In this document: one piece after another, positions 42,201 through 55,784 of the stretch
Layout: each line of letters opens with the position of its first letter
Position numbering within the stretch: the first letter of the stretch is position 1
Origin: Balanoglossus misakiensis
Taxonomy: Eukaryota; Animalia; Hemichordata
Length of the DNA: 64,000 nucleotides
Reading direction: 5' to 3'
NCBI GenBank assembly: GCA_040954595.2
Contig: CM082580.2
Coordinates: 11,670,909-11,734,908, forward strand
Program-made: the position numbers and the translations under genes
The notes under the pieces: generated by a model
Databases searched by the model: none
Told to the model about the DNA's origin: nothing
The model's input: the letters and a program-made list of their open reading frames with translations, nothing else

Positions 42201-45200
42201 TCCCAAAACATGTACACTCAGCTTTCAGTTTCAGTGTCTGACATCCGAACCATAATCCTGTGTAATTGCAGAATCGTGAGTTCCGGCTCCCAATGTCAGA
42301 TAGAGGCTTTTTGTTTAAAATCGCTTCCCTCTGGCAGTAAAGTACATGTAGACCTGTACCTGACAATTCCCCAGAGATGGAGATGGGTTTCCAATATAGG
42401 GACAAGATTTTGTGTATATTGTGAACCTGTGCACAATACCACAAATTAAAGCTGGTGTTTGTAACTTACATAATTGCTGTCATAACTTCAAGAAAGTTTT
42501 GACAAATATGAAATGAACATCAGTAATTGTATGTATGGTCTGTCACTGTCAAAAGGCACTGGTACTTTCACCGACCGAAGTTAGACTTCTACTTCAATGT
42601 GTACGTGCAGACTCGGACAAAATCTTATCCTCAGAGAGGATTATTTTTGAGCCGTAATGTTGTTAGATTTTAGCCACAGGGACAGGCTTATGCATTATTT
42701 TCTTCGCTCATCCACAATCCCGTGACGGAGGGGACTGTGGCTCACCCAAGGATGGGGATCAACGAAGTGTTGAAAAACGAAAAAAGCTTTAGGATGAGAT
42801 CAACTGAGTGTTATATAAAACGCAAAGAAAAAGCTTGAGGCTGCAGAGTCTGCTGTTAATGCCACTCTGAGGTCTAAAGCAGTATTTTGTGTCTACCTCC
42901 ATGTTGGCTCACAGTGCTTGTCAGTGGAATCAATCGAGTTGAAACTGGAGCACTTGCACTGAGGAGGAATTCTTACATTATAACTCATCAAAACTGTCTT
43001 CACTTGTATAGTGACCTCTGACAAGATATGAATAAAATAAAATTAAACATGTAGTATCACTTTCCATCATGTAGTGAACAATGCTATTTTTTTTAGAATA
43101 CCATCACGTTGCTTTTTTTCTAAATTAAGCTTCCCGCCAGACAGCAATGTGTCTGCAGCTGCCAAGTTGTGAGCTCATTTTTAACTGATATTTGGCCGTC
43201 ATTCTCAAGATACTTGTGAGCTGTTCATGAAACATACATATATTGAATTGTGAATTTCATGGTCGAACAATAGAGATATAGATCTATAGGAAGCTTTTTC
43301 TATCAATTTTATTTGTCATCTCTAAAGAATAGAGCGTATGAAAAAAAAAAAAAAATTCTTCAGAATTTTGAATTAAATATTTATGCCAACCTCACAAGCT
43401 ATCCTTAATAGTCAGCAAAGTTTTTGTATCCGAGTACTAAAGATGGCCAAGCATCATTGTTTCTTTCTTATAATTGAGTGAGATGACATACAAGTGAACT
43501 CAAGGAAATGGGAATTTCGATGACAGATGAATTATTTAGCGTGAAGGCATGCCAAGACTCCAATACATGTACATGTATATGCCTTGGGTGAATATAGATT
43601 CATGATATCAAATATGAAAGTTGCATAAGTCCTAATAATAGATCTAGAGCTTTGCTGTCTGCAATCGTGGTATTTCATTGTCTCCTATTACTTCGGAATA
43701 TATGAATGGCTTATTAATAAATTCTTGCTGAATTATTTCAGGTTTTAATTTTAATATGGAAGTCTCTGCCACGCCACTTTTACCACATTCTCGTCACAAC
43801 ACGTGTCTGGTCACTTTTGCAGTGAAACAAAGACCCTGGGTCTATGATTGAAACCAGTCCTAATTTTATGTCTCTTTCATGAGTCATAACATTTATGTGG
43901 CAGATTTGTGAAGGTCAGCATAAAAAAAACTACTATGAGCCATAATTCTACTGGATATGGCTTGTTCGTTGTCATTTGGTTGCAAGTGACATCTTCTTTC
44001 AAATGACCAGAAATTATACAAATTTTATATTTTGTAAGTCTGCGTACAGAGGTGGAAAAATGTGGGAACTACATGAAAGACTCTCTGAAGCTATATCCAG
44101 TTAACATTTGCTCAATCAGTACATTATAATTTGATCATTTTGCCAACAGAGCTGCTGTTGATTGAAGTATAATGCTGTTATTTCAACTTGACTATTACTG
44201 CGGGGGTAAAACACTTGATATTCTGAATTCATCAAAGAAAGGCCAGAGCGCTGCCGGTCTTCTCAATCAAAGTGAACGACTTTGAATTAATGTTGGTTGA
44301 TTATATACCTGGTGTTGTTTGTGTGCTTGAGCCCCAGAGCTTCAGGGTCAGAATTGGGTCAGTCAAATCAATCCATGAAATATTAATGCGGTTTCCAGGC
44401 AATTTCAATGATACCAACACGCGGGGAAGTAATATTGGTCTGTAATTCACATTTGATTATAACCGGGTGACTGAACTAACTGTGACGCGACGCCTTTTTA
44501 GTTTGTTTTATTATGCAGAAATCCGATACCATAGTCAGCGAAAATGAATTCATTTCACATACAGCGTACACATTTGATTTAATAGATGACATGATTGCAC
44601 AGGATGTGTGCGTTTATAATATTGGATTACTAATGTCTTCCTGAAGTTTTGGCTGATTCAATTTGTGCAGTTTCTGTCACTGCAGTCAAGAGGTTTCTGA
44701 GATGTCACATGGATACGTACAAAATCAAATAGACAAAGCAGCATGGAGTGAATGATCACATCTTCCTGCGTTGTTTATACCCTTTGACCTTTGACCTGAG
44801 TACCTGCTTTTTTGTATGCAGTTTTTTCAGGCCTGAGAACGAATTTAACTCAACCACATGTACAACACCAGTATGATCAAACATTGCAATATGGACACAC
44901 AATAGCATCCATGCATTTGTAGTATAGTTTCGTACCAGGAAAAGTTTCTGTTGATATTTTTGGATGGCATTTTATGAGGCGTTAGCACAATGACTGTTGA
45001 CTTTTGCATTGTGAATTCTCTATAAATATATTCTTTGCACAAACAGTTCATATTTTAAATGTTGCACCCATAAAGAAAATATTGTACTGTTTATACATTA
45101 TTCATTCTGCAGTTTGAAGGTTATCAATATGCCCTTTTTTTGCTTTTGCAGTGAATGGTTTTGGTGCAGTACATGGAATGCAACATGGAGACTTGAGAAT

Positions 45201-45406
45201 TATTCCACAGAATTAGTAGGCTGGGAACAATGGTACAAGATATGTGTGTTTAGATCCTGGGATTTTGCTTTAGTTGGATATCTAGCCATTTTGATTGGCA
45301 ATCATCGAAAAGAAAAGACACACTCACACGCTGTGAATGATTGAACTGAAGCTGATGAGCTGAGCTGAAGAAAAGAAGTTAGAAATAAAAAAAACAATTC
45401 AAAAAG

Positions 45407-48400
45407 ATGACTAGCAGACGATTTATGTACTGTAAAGTGGTTCTTGCCACGTCCATGGTGTGGTTCCTCTTCGATGTCATGTTGTTGCTGTATTACAGTG
45501 AGTGTAGCAGCCTTAGTGGCAGGTCAGCGTGTAATGATGAAAATGGTGGGCCTATGCCTGGAGCACCAAAAAACAGAAAAGGTAAAGTCATATCACCTAA
45601 ACAGGGGACTACTGTTTCTTTTTTTCAGGATTAATAATTGAGAAATCTGATGGCAAGATTTGGAGTCACTTTCATTGAAAGTTATTTCTATATGAAAGTT
45701 ATTCTGTTTATTGAAATGTGAAGATGATGGTCCCAGTCCCTGCGAGGTTGCCTTTGTATGACAGATGTGCTATGACGCATACAAATGTTGTTAAGCAAAA
45801 AAAGCTATTATTGCTTTCAAATTTTTGAATAAAGTTGTTCCAATTACTTGGCTGGAAGTACGTTGCCCTGGTGATCATTCAAGCAAATTGGTGTAGAAAG
45901 TTATTTTTAGATATACACTAAGTGATTATGTTGAGAGACAAAAGGCAACATTTCCGATCACCAACGCATTTACATGTATTGCGTTTGTTGAGGTTTTAAT
46001 TTAATACCATTCATCCATCCATCATATGTGCATTCTGATCAAATTGAATCGTTGAGAAAGAAATGATGAGCTGGTTGCCTAGCAACACCTGGCGAGAAGA
46101 AATGGTAAATTGTATAATGACATACTTTCAGTGAAAATCCAACATAAGATTGCCCATTATTCTTCAGATGGCCACCCTTGAATGTCTGGATTTGCATACA
46201 TAGTGTGGACTAGATCTCAGACAGTATACATGTACAGTGTAGTGTGTGCTCTGTGAGATTGTTGAAATACATGATGTGAAAATTGTGTACTTGTGCATGA
46301 AACGCCTCTAAAATTACTCCCTTTCTGAACATATATTTACAAAGTAGACTGAATTATTTCAGTTTTCACAGGGAATGTGGAAAAACAGACTTTGGAGCCA
46401 ACTGATATGATAGGTATTACATGATCTATGCAAAGTCATGTCCTAACAGAAGTACGAGTTTTTCAATTTTCAAAATTTCATGGTATAGTGACGTTCATCA
46501 TGTAGATAGATTTGTGTTTACCGTGTAGTACAGTACCTGCACATGTATGTGTTTTTATAACTCGTACCTTTGTCTCGGGCAGTTCGACATCCAGCATGGG
46601 CCGGGCCACTTAATGTTTTATTATGGATTAAATTGCATTGTAAATTGAATGTATTGGGTAATCGGAGAAGTCTTGCAGGGTAATAAGATAGTATGTGTTG
46701 GACAGCTGCTCCCCTATCGTGTTCAGTATTATTTTTTTTTGTAGTTTGATTGCTCTTATTATCTGACTTTTGGGTTTTGATACGTGTAAATGTCTGGAAA
46801 TCTTTGGTCATCATCTTTCTGTCTTGGCATCTATCAACATAGTTTTTCCAAATTATGGGCAATGGTTTTCTCGGATGTTTTCAATACATTGCACTACATA
46901 TGAGCATGATGTGTGCAGAAGTGTATGGCTTTCATTGCAAAGAGTCTTTCCTGTTGCAAGATGATGAGATCTTTCTCGTTTGAAACAGTGAGAATTTCAC
47001 AAGACTACATGTAGCTTTATGTGACTTGAATCACTTTTTCATCTCGTGCTATGTGCATTTCTGAACATGAATGTGACTCTCAGATGTCCTGGTTCTCAAT
47101 GATTTATTTCCCACATCTTTTATTTTGATGATTTTCATCTTATCATTTCAGACACCCCGTCGTTTGATCCCAATGCTCCGGGAGAGATGGGCAAAGCTGT
47201 CATAATTCCGCCAGAAGATGATTTACTCAAGAGAGAGATGTTTAAAGTCAATCAATTTAATCTTTTAGCTAGCAATAAAATATCTGTTAACAGAAGCTTA
47301 CCAGACGTGAGAATGGATGGGTGAGTAGAACTTATCATAAAAACAGTTCTATGACAGGAGATATATGCACTTGATTGAATCTCAAAATCCCACACGTCAA
47401 CATTTTGTGATTGCCTGTGGCTCTTGCGTTGCTTTCAGTCAAGATTTGTGCAATGGTTTTCTTTTTAAGGAAAATGGCGACAGCATTTTTCCCCCCATGG
47501 AATTGCTGGTGATTATTTTTACAGAAAACTCAGTGTCGGGTCTACAAACACGATTCTAATTTAGTCTGCATTCAACCTAACATTTAATCCTTCAGTTGCC
47601 ACACAAGCGATTTGGAAAGCAAATGTCTAATTGTACATTAGCGTGTATGTTCTCAGGATTAGGTCGGTCTAAAACCATGCATCGTTTTTTCAGAAAGCCA
47701 TCATAATTACTCAAACAAATGAACCCTCACTCCTGGTCCTAGTTTAATAGCTCAATTACTTACATGCTGTAACGTGTTCATTTGGAGAGTCAGGCAGCGA
47801 TTTGTCTGAAATACACAGTGCTTTGGTGGTCAGGTCACAATAAAATGAGAATATAATATGTTAGTACTGCCATAGAGTGTTATAACACAGACGCTTTGAA
47901 ATATTTTTAAAATTGTCATAATGGCTATATTTCTTTATTTATTGAAACACCATGGACATGGATATTGCTGAAATGCACATGCATATTTCTCGTTACAACT
48001 AGGGCATTTGTTCTTTTTCCTAGATGCAAAAAGAAGACGTATCCTCCAGCTAGTCAGCTCCCCACGACAAGTGTCATCATAGTTTTTCATAATGAAGCTT
48101 GGAGTACTCTTACAAGAAACATACATAGTATTATAAACAGGTCTCCCAGAGCACTTCTGGAAGAAATTATTCTGGTTGATGATGCCAGTGAGAGAGGTAA
48201 AAGTCAAGTCAATATTCTTCTTTTTATTGTGATCATCTAATGGCGTAGTTTCCTTTTACAACTCTCTCACAGTCCCTAGCCTAGAGTTATCTTCATGGGC
48301 CCAATTCTCATCAGGCACATAAAAACCACATGCTGCATCATCCGCTTGCACAGGTCATTGGCAAGACCTTGACAGGCCAAGATGCTTGTGCTGCGAATCA

Positions 48401-51400
48401 AAAGTTTTTATAGTCTTTTAAGGGCTCCATAAAATTCCTGTAATTTGATGTAATTTGATTTGTGGGAGTGGCACTTCTTGAACTGAGATATTTACTAGTG
48501 AGGACCGCCTGTTATGTTTTATTAGTGTTCATATAATTCTGCAGCCATTACATTTAGTCTCAAGATTTGATTTATACCATGGCCTTTTTTATAACCCTTA
48601 ATAAAGTCAAGTTTTTCAGCATTTTACTATGAGAGCCAAATTTGTTACTGACTCACCTCCCCTTCCCTCAAAAAATTTGGCCCTCGGAAGCGACAATGAT
48701 GAAACCAACAGTGTTTTAATCCTGTTTGCCCCCATGCCAGATTTCCTTGGCAAAGAGCTGGAAGATTACGTCAAGAAGCTGCCTGTGCGGGTGCGCGTGG
48801 AACGGATGGAGAAACGAAGCGGTTTGATTCGAGCCCGGTTACGAGGAGCCAGTGTCTCCACGGGACAGGTCCTTACATTTCTAGATGCGCACTGCGAGTG
48901 TACAATTGGATGGTTGGAGCCACTTCTGGCCAGAATAGCAGCAGACAGGTTAGTCTATGAGTGTCCCAGCATTCGATCATTGACATCCATACACAGTAGC
49001 CTGGGAATGAATGATAACATTAGAACAGAGCAAACTTGGGGTTCTGGTGCTTGCTGGCGAAAGTGACTGTTTTCTATCTGAAAAAAAATGTTGGATACCG
49101 GATTATACTTATTTGCTTATGATCCCTGGGTATGTTTTATAATTCATCAGGATAGGCAGCACAGTCATTTAATATGCCACACCCTTAGGAAATTCGCATC
49201 AGATTTTGTATGAAAAGTTGTCATAAATACTGCAACGTGACATTTGTGAACCCCAGAGTACCTGACGTGTTTTAGAACCACAAGTGCCAAATATTCAATA
49301 ATGCAGACTCGGCCACGTAGACACTTTTAATATTTAACACGACGTATTTGATTTGATGTCGGTTTGCCCTGAGGGTGGTGATAAGAAATCATCTGTCATT
49401 TTATTTCGTGACCACAGTGGAGCCGGTCGATGGATTATTCATTAAGATGTATATTTTCCATCTCTGTGTCGTGTCGTGTTGTCTTGTGTGTGAAGAGATT
49501 AGTGTAGGCGGTGTTTTTGTTTAATATCGAGGTTCCCCTTGGTATATCGTGGCAGTCTTATTGATAGGTGGCAAAAGTATTACCGGGCTTCTCAAATTAT
49601 TTATCAACTTTCCCCAACCTTTACAAAAACACACGCCTAATATCACATCTTCAACAATTTTTTTTTCCTTTCACATTTTCAGATCAACAGTTGTGTGTCC
49701 CATCATTGATGTCATCAGCGATGAAACGTTCGAGTACCATGCCGGATCAGACATGACGTACGGAGGCTTCAACTGGAAATTGAATTTCCGGTGGTATCCT
49801 GTCCCTAAAAGGGAAATGGACAGACGGAAGGGAGACAGAACGCTTCCATTACAGTGAGTCAATATCCGCTTGTACTTTGATTGGGTTATAGGAAGAGGAC
49901 GAAAGATTTTTAATAAAAAATTTCATGCATTTTTTATTTAATTTTTGGCTGTCTGGTGTTTTAAGCGTTTCAATCGCTGAAAGAGATGAGTGTTATAGAT
50001 CATAGGAATAATAATCTGTGTCCTACTTGAGTTCATGTACATTGTATTTTGCATCCCTTCAATGTGTGTTGGTGCATACGATCATGTATCCCAGCCGTTA
50101 CTGAGAAAAGCATGGACAGGTTGACAGACAGATGGACAGACAGGGACGTCCTTTTCGAACCAGCTAATGAGTTTTTATTGATCTTTCCATGTTATACGCA
50201 GTACACCAACAATGGCTGGAGGTCTCTTTGCCATAGACAAGGACTACTTCCAGGAAATCGGCACATACGATGCAGGAATGGACATCTGGGGAGGAGAAAA
50301 CTTAGAGATGTCGTTTAGGGTGAGTACACCATGTTAGAACAGTGATGCATGCAGAGATAATATAGTTATATATTGATGACATTGAGTAAATCCATGTTCT
50401 CACACATTCTTGTGATTTGAAGAGGAGATGCGTGTGATGGAAATATTCTTTAGGGCGCCACCTAGTGGTGGAGTGTGACGCATGCAGGCTCCTGGAAAGT
50501 CTGTGAAATTGAAACCAGTCACGGTGTGCTCACTTCTCTCAAAGTGCATTTTTTTCTAATCAAGCCATTATCATTTCCGTATTTTTTTGTCTTCCATCAG
50601 ATATGGATGTGTGGAGGCACCCTGGAGATAGTGACCTGTTCCCACGTCGGACACGTCTTCCGGAAGACAACTCCGTACACTTTTCCCGGAGGCACCGGCA
50701 TGATCATCAACAAAAACAACCGGCGACTAGCGGAAGTCTGGATGGATGATTTCAAAAATTTCTTTTACAAAATTTCACCAGGTGAGATAATTTGTAACAT
50801 CTAAAGTACATAGGTTTTGCTCCAGCTCCTGTCATCAGTTATTGTCAGCTTTAAATTTTTATCTGTTATTATTTCACAGGGGCTAAGAAATCAGACTATG
50901 GTGATGTGACTGCGAGAAAGCAACTCCGTGATAAATTGCAGTGCAAAGGTTTTGACTGGTATCTAGAAAATGTTTACCCGGAATCGCAGTTTTTCATGGA
51001 TTACCACATGATTGGAGAGGTAATGTGAAACCCCATGTTTGTTCATCATCAGATCTGTCTCAATCCTGTGATTATATATTAAAACAAAACATTCATCTTT
51101 GTTGTCCCATCTTCAGATACGCAATATGGAGACCAGGCAATGTCTGGACAACATGGGAAGGAAAGAAAATCAAAAATTAGGAATATACACATGCCATGGC
51201 CAGGGTGGCAATCAGGTTGGTTATGTGGTCAAATTCTTGTCAAGTTGTCTGTGGTGTGTGTGTAGAAGTCTCAGTCAGGCCAGTATGGTTCTGTCTTCCA
51301 ATATTTGTATGTAAGAGAGAGAGGTGGGGGTGGGGTATATTTTCAGATGATTTGCCATGGGTAAGTCACTAAGTGAGTACCATACATTTTTGTTAAAAGC

Positions 51401-51963
51401 ACTGAACAATTTACATTCATCTTCCTGATGTGCAAAAATTCACCCTCTATGAAATCTGCATTGGACACTCAGATATTTGCCTGGACAAAGAAGAAGGAAT
51501 TGAAACATGACGATTTGTGTCTGGATGCGGCGAGGCAGAGTGGCTTTGCAGAAGTGACGCAGCTGAAATGTCACGGCCAAGGTGGAAATCAAGAGTGGAG
51601 TGTCAATAAACAGGTACTGCCACACCTCAACAAGACTAGTCTGATATTTAAGATCCAAGATGCGATTTCCCCTACAGCGCGTAATATAATTAAAATGCAC
51701 CATGAATGTCTTTCTTCAAACTTTTGAATTCTACAATAACAGAATCTTCCCACACACTATGTCAATAACCCTTAGTGAAATTTTGGATCTGGAATGTAAC
51801 GTTTTCTGCTCGTTTCCAGGCCAAAACCATCATTCATACAACGAGTGGACTGTGTCTGGACAAAGCAGATGCCGGAAAGGACACACCAACGCTACACAGA
51901 TGTGACGGAAAACTCTCTCAGCAATGGGAATTAGTTGACATATCCATGTTGGACGAGAGCTAA
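45407..51963 (+). CDS. GALNT1: Polypeptide N-acetylgalactosaminyltransferase 1/13
   Basis: Exons: 45407-45581, [46372-46413], 47152-47320, 48024-48196, 48741-48948, 49683-49853, 50202-50319, 50601-50781, 50880-51019, 51117-51215, 51473-51613, 51820-51963. Motifs characteristic of GALNT1/13: [78 protein letters not shown]. Probable 5'UTR intron 39235-45151. Confidence 0.93.
50455..50468. promoter_or_regulatory. CTCF-like motif in a GALNT1/13 intron
   Basis: GCGCCACCTAGTGG closely matches the CTCF core consensus; a weaker match ACGCCCCCTAGTGT lies at 9203-9216. Confidence 0.45.
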
Positions 51964-53514
51964 TGACATCATCGCTGTCAGTCCACCAAGCCAATATTTC
52001 TACAACTTCAGTCAGCTGCAGCCGTCTAAAACTGTCACACCTTAAAATGCCAGCCTTCTTTTTCACTTTTCACACGCATATAAATACAGCGAGTTCTTTT
52101 TTCATGAAATGATTAGAGTGACAACAATGCTTCCGACAAATCCTGCATCAAGTGTGGAGAATAAACAATATTTTATTTTTATGTGATGTTTTATCTTGTA
52201 TCTCATGTGATAGATTACTTTTGTAGCCACGGAATTGCCGCTATTTTTCAAGAACAAATTTTGGCCTCTCTCTACGTCAGATGCTCTCTGTATGGCCATA
52301 CCTGTGGTATAACATAATTTCTTTGTGAAGTGGAAAGGAACAGAGGTCATGTTGTTGAACACACTCGATCACGGAAGGTTTTCTATCCAAATAACAATGA
52401 GTTTGTACAATAAATCCCACAGCAAACTACTGCAAGATGAACATAGAACACAGAACATGGTAAACTGACTCATGTAACAAAAAGTCACCTTTTAAATTGT
52501 CATTCTTTTGCAAGGTTTTTTGTGAGCATCAATGCTATTTTGATGGGGAGAGTCTGCTATACATTTAGTGTAGAACAGTGAGGATTGTCGTGATCTTCGG
52601 ACAGGAAAAGAGCTCCTACACTGAACAGAAGGAATAATGTCTGTTTTGTGACAGGTTGTAGATTGCAGGACAGGTTCCCACTGCACATCACCATCATGCT
52701 TGATTGTCATTTGGCAATCATTTCATGTTCACACTACCTCATGGCCAAGTGACCTACCTGGACGAAAGATAATTCGTTGCAAGACTTTGTTTTTTATTGT
52801 GCTGTTTGGTCACCATGTGGCATCTTATTGTGCAGTTTTTTTTTCGAATTTTGCAAAAAAATAACTACATTTTATATGATTTTGTTTTCAGTACCTTTGT
52901 CTCAAAAGAATCTCAAGAAAGCATAATTTCCTTTCTAAACTGTGGACACAATGCAAAGATGTGTCTTCTGTCAAGTATTTGTATCATTATTCTAGAAGAC
53001 ACGATTTAGTAAAACAGGCAGTCTTATATTGCTGGTACAATACATTTGGTTTATTAGTAATTCAACAGTTTTAATGTCGAATCATCAGTTTTAGAGAGAA
53101 AAGCAAGATGACGTAGAATTGTTCATTTTGTTAAATGTCAATTCTAAAATACCTTCAGCAAAGAGTGGAGAAAGGAGAAGGCATGGAATCCCATGTTTTG
53201 GAAAGTACCCAAGCCAGATTATACAATCATAGCTACTTTTGTAGTTTTCAATTTAGAAAAAAAACACACAGAATAATACATGATTTATTTTTATAATGAA
53301 ATGCAGGTTACATGTGTTTGACATCAGGTGAATTGGATGTAGAAATTATTGAAAATTTGAACTATTCAATGTCTGTATGTATTCACTTTTACACATTTTG
53401 TTATGTGAATGTAAGAATAATTTTAACACGAATTGTATTTTATCAAAACATTGTGATACTTGACTAAGCAGGACTTAACATAGTCACCAGCAGTCAAATG
53501 AACACTGAATACTA

Positions 53515-53575
53515 TTCACCCCCAGTTCCTTCTATAGAGGTCCAAGTTTTTGGATTTGGACCAAACCATGGTGGT
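53515..53575 (-). mobile_element. MITE family A degenerate copy
   Basis: TTCACCCCCAGTTCC...CTATAGAG...GGACCAAACCATGGTGG matches the copies at 8805-8889 and 57101-57181. Confidence 0.55.
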
Positions 53576-54443
53576 TTGTGTGTAATTACAGATCCAGTTC
53601 TGCTGTACCTGACTTTTCCCACTTCTAAACCCAAACCCTGAACTTCCTTCATGTACTTGTCTGTCCAACTATGAATTCCCATGTTCTTACGCCATGGAAC
53701 CAACATCTTGACTACAAGAGACAGTTACTGTGCCTGCAATCTTCTTTGCCCACCTTTCATCAAAATTTTCTTTTCCCTATGCTACTATATTGTACACTAA
53801 AGGTTTTTGGAAAGCTAGTGTCGTGACAAAATTTGAACACCTATCCTGATCCAAACCCACCTTGCCTACAACCTTCCCAACTTTAAATTTTTTTGGCAGA
53901 AACAGACCCCTATTTGTACACGTGTGACTTTAGATGCACATAACACAAACAAGTTGTACAGTTTTCATATGTCAAATGTTTTAGAGTATTTTTGCTACAC
54001 ATTTTGTCTTTCACGTTATTTGTGCAGATTTGTACAGTCTGCATACATTGCTTTCATTGTCAATTAGTTGTCACAACTTAGATCACATTCCCACCCTTAG
54101 AAAGAAAATATCCCTTGAAATTACAACTCACAATTCTGTAATGAGTGTTAGTTTATGTTGTGAAAATTGCTGCTGCACATAAAATAATTTTCTGGACATA
54201 TTTGATGATGGATGTTTATAATGTAATTCACCTCTGTGATAAGTTGAATAAAATGTTCCTTTTTCATAAAACTTGTAAATGAGGAGTGGTAACATTATAT
54301 ATGCTGTACAATAGCTGATAGAGTTCCTTGCTCACACCCACCCTCCAACAGCAGTGTCCGGTCATGGTACAATCAATGGTACACACAGTTTTTCACTTGG
54401 ATGCTATTTCGATGTACTGCAAATGCAAACGACAGACAGACAC

Positions 54444-55614
54444 TCAGGGAACCGGTGTGTTGGCTTTTCTCAATGCCAGATATCCCGACACAATGTCCAT
54501 GGGTAACATTCGTATCCTGGCAAACTCTTCAGCGTCGGAATAGCGGATCTTGGTGTGCGGATCTGTATAGTTGGCCTGTAACAGTAAACGTGTATAGCAT
54601 CGATCAGTGTTTGTACACTCAAACACAGAAATTGAAATATGGACTGTCAGTTTGGCAGTTGTACTTACATGCAGGCCGGACATATCAGAGTACTTCTTCG
54701 CAGGTTTGAACGATGGTGGTGCATCTATACTGCTGTCTGCAAAATGAAATATTCACAACAGTGTCAATGATTTGTCTACAATGAAGGTTGTTATGTTGCT
54801 TGTTACTTGTACATCCTTGTGCACAAGTTCACAGCTGGATGTTAAAGTCAAAATAGATTTTCACTGAAATTGACAAATTGATTGGAATTCTGAAACCCCT
54901 AGTCTGTATGCGTTTGAGGCGATATGTATACACTCTGCATTAATGGCTCAGATAAGGTTATCTTCCCTCGGGTTGTGTCTCACTTACATGTTGGGTCGTC
55001 TGGTTGCCATGGCAATGCTCTTTCCGAAGCTGCAATTTGTTTCAGACTTTTCCAGAGCCTCTTCTTTCCTTGTGTAGCGTTTGCCCTGTGCTGAATTGTA
55101 ATCAAGAACATAAACTGAAAAAAATGAACCACTCCTATCACACCGACACTGCCAATAGAATTCTTTCCTCACTGTACATATGCTCTCCCAAACACCTACT
55201 GACAAGACAGACAGGCAGATAGATTAAAACCAAAAGATAAATGTTTGAGAGAACTCACAATGAAACTTGCATCTTTAAAAGGGAATATTCTGTGCCCTAG
55301 TTCTGACACAGCTGGACTGGATGACCTTGAATCTAAACTTTCTAAATCAGCAGCTGAACTTGATGGCTGTTGAGACAACATAAGATTGCATGTGAGATAT
55401 CCCCTGAACAACGCGGCCAGACACAACCTAATGAAACACAGTAATGTATGGACACCTTCATGTTAGCAACTCTAAAACTACAGTTGGGAAATGAAAGAAT
55501 TTATTGTGTTACCGTCAACGTCCGTTTCTTTTTTCCAGGTAAGCCAGCAGAGCCGGGACTGGCAGATCGCTTATTATTTCGTTTACCTCTTGACTTCGGA
55601 CTGGGCGCAGCCAT
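54444..55614 (-). CDS. INO80C: INO80 complex subunit C (Ies6 homolog, YL1-C domain)
   Basis: Exons 55614-55513, 55366-55259, 55090-54988, 54736-54669 and 54575-54444 splice in phase to MAAPSPKSRGKRNNKRSASP...KKKR...IFPFKDASFIHR...KKRLWKSLKQIAASERALPWQPDDPTYSSIDAPPSFKPAKKYSDMSGLHANYTDPHTKIRYSDAEEFARIRMLPMDIVSGYLALRKANTPVP, which is the recognisable INO80C/Ies6 sequence. Confidence 0.93.
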
Positions 55615-55784
55615 TTTTGTTTATATAATCTTCGCAACAGCGCCCTCATCTTTGGTTCAGGGGTCTGGGGTCAGCAGGGGTCAAGTGGGGTCAAATGCTG
55701 GAGTTGTCGATCCAGTTGGTGTTTCTTGTACGATGGCCTCGAAATAACTAGTATTTCAGAAAAGAACATCACGACAGACAGGGT
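55615..55784. promoter_or_regulatory. Compact bidirectional promoter shared by INO80C and DUSP19
   Basis: Only 170 bp separate the divergent start codons. The interval contains GCGCCCTC (55640-55647) and an array of RG(G/T)TCA half-sites (55654-55693). Confidence 0.75.

Noticed and set aside
40100-45100. Short ORFs of 60-137 aa in the 6-kb region before GALNT1
   Set aside because: No homology cues or exon chain; the region is best explained as the 5'UTR intron of GALNT1.
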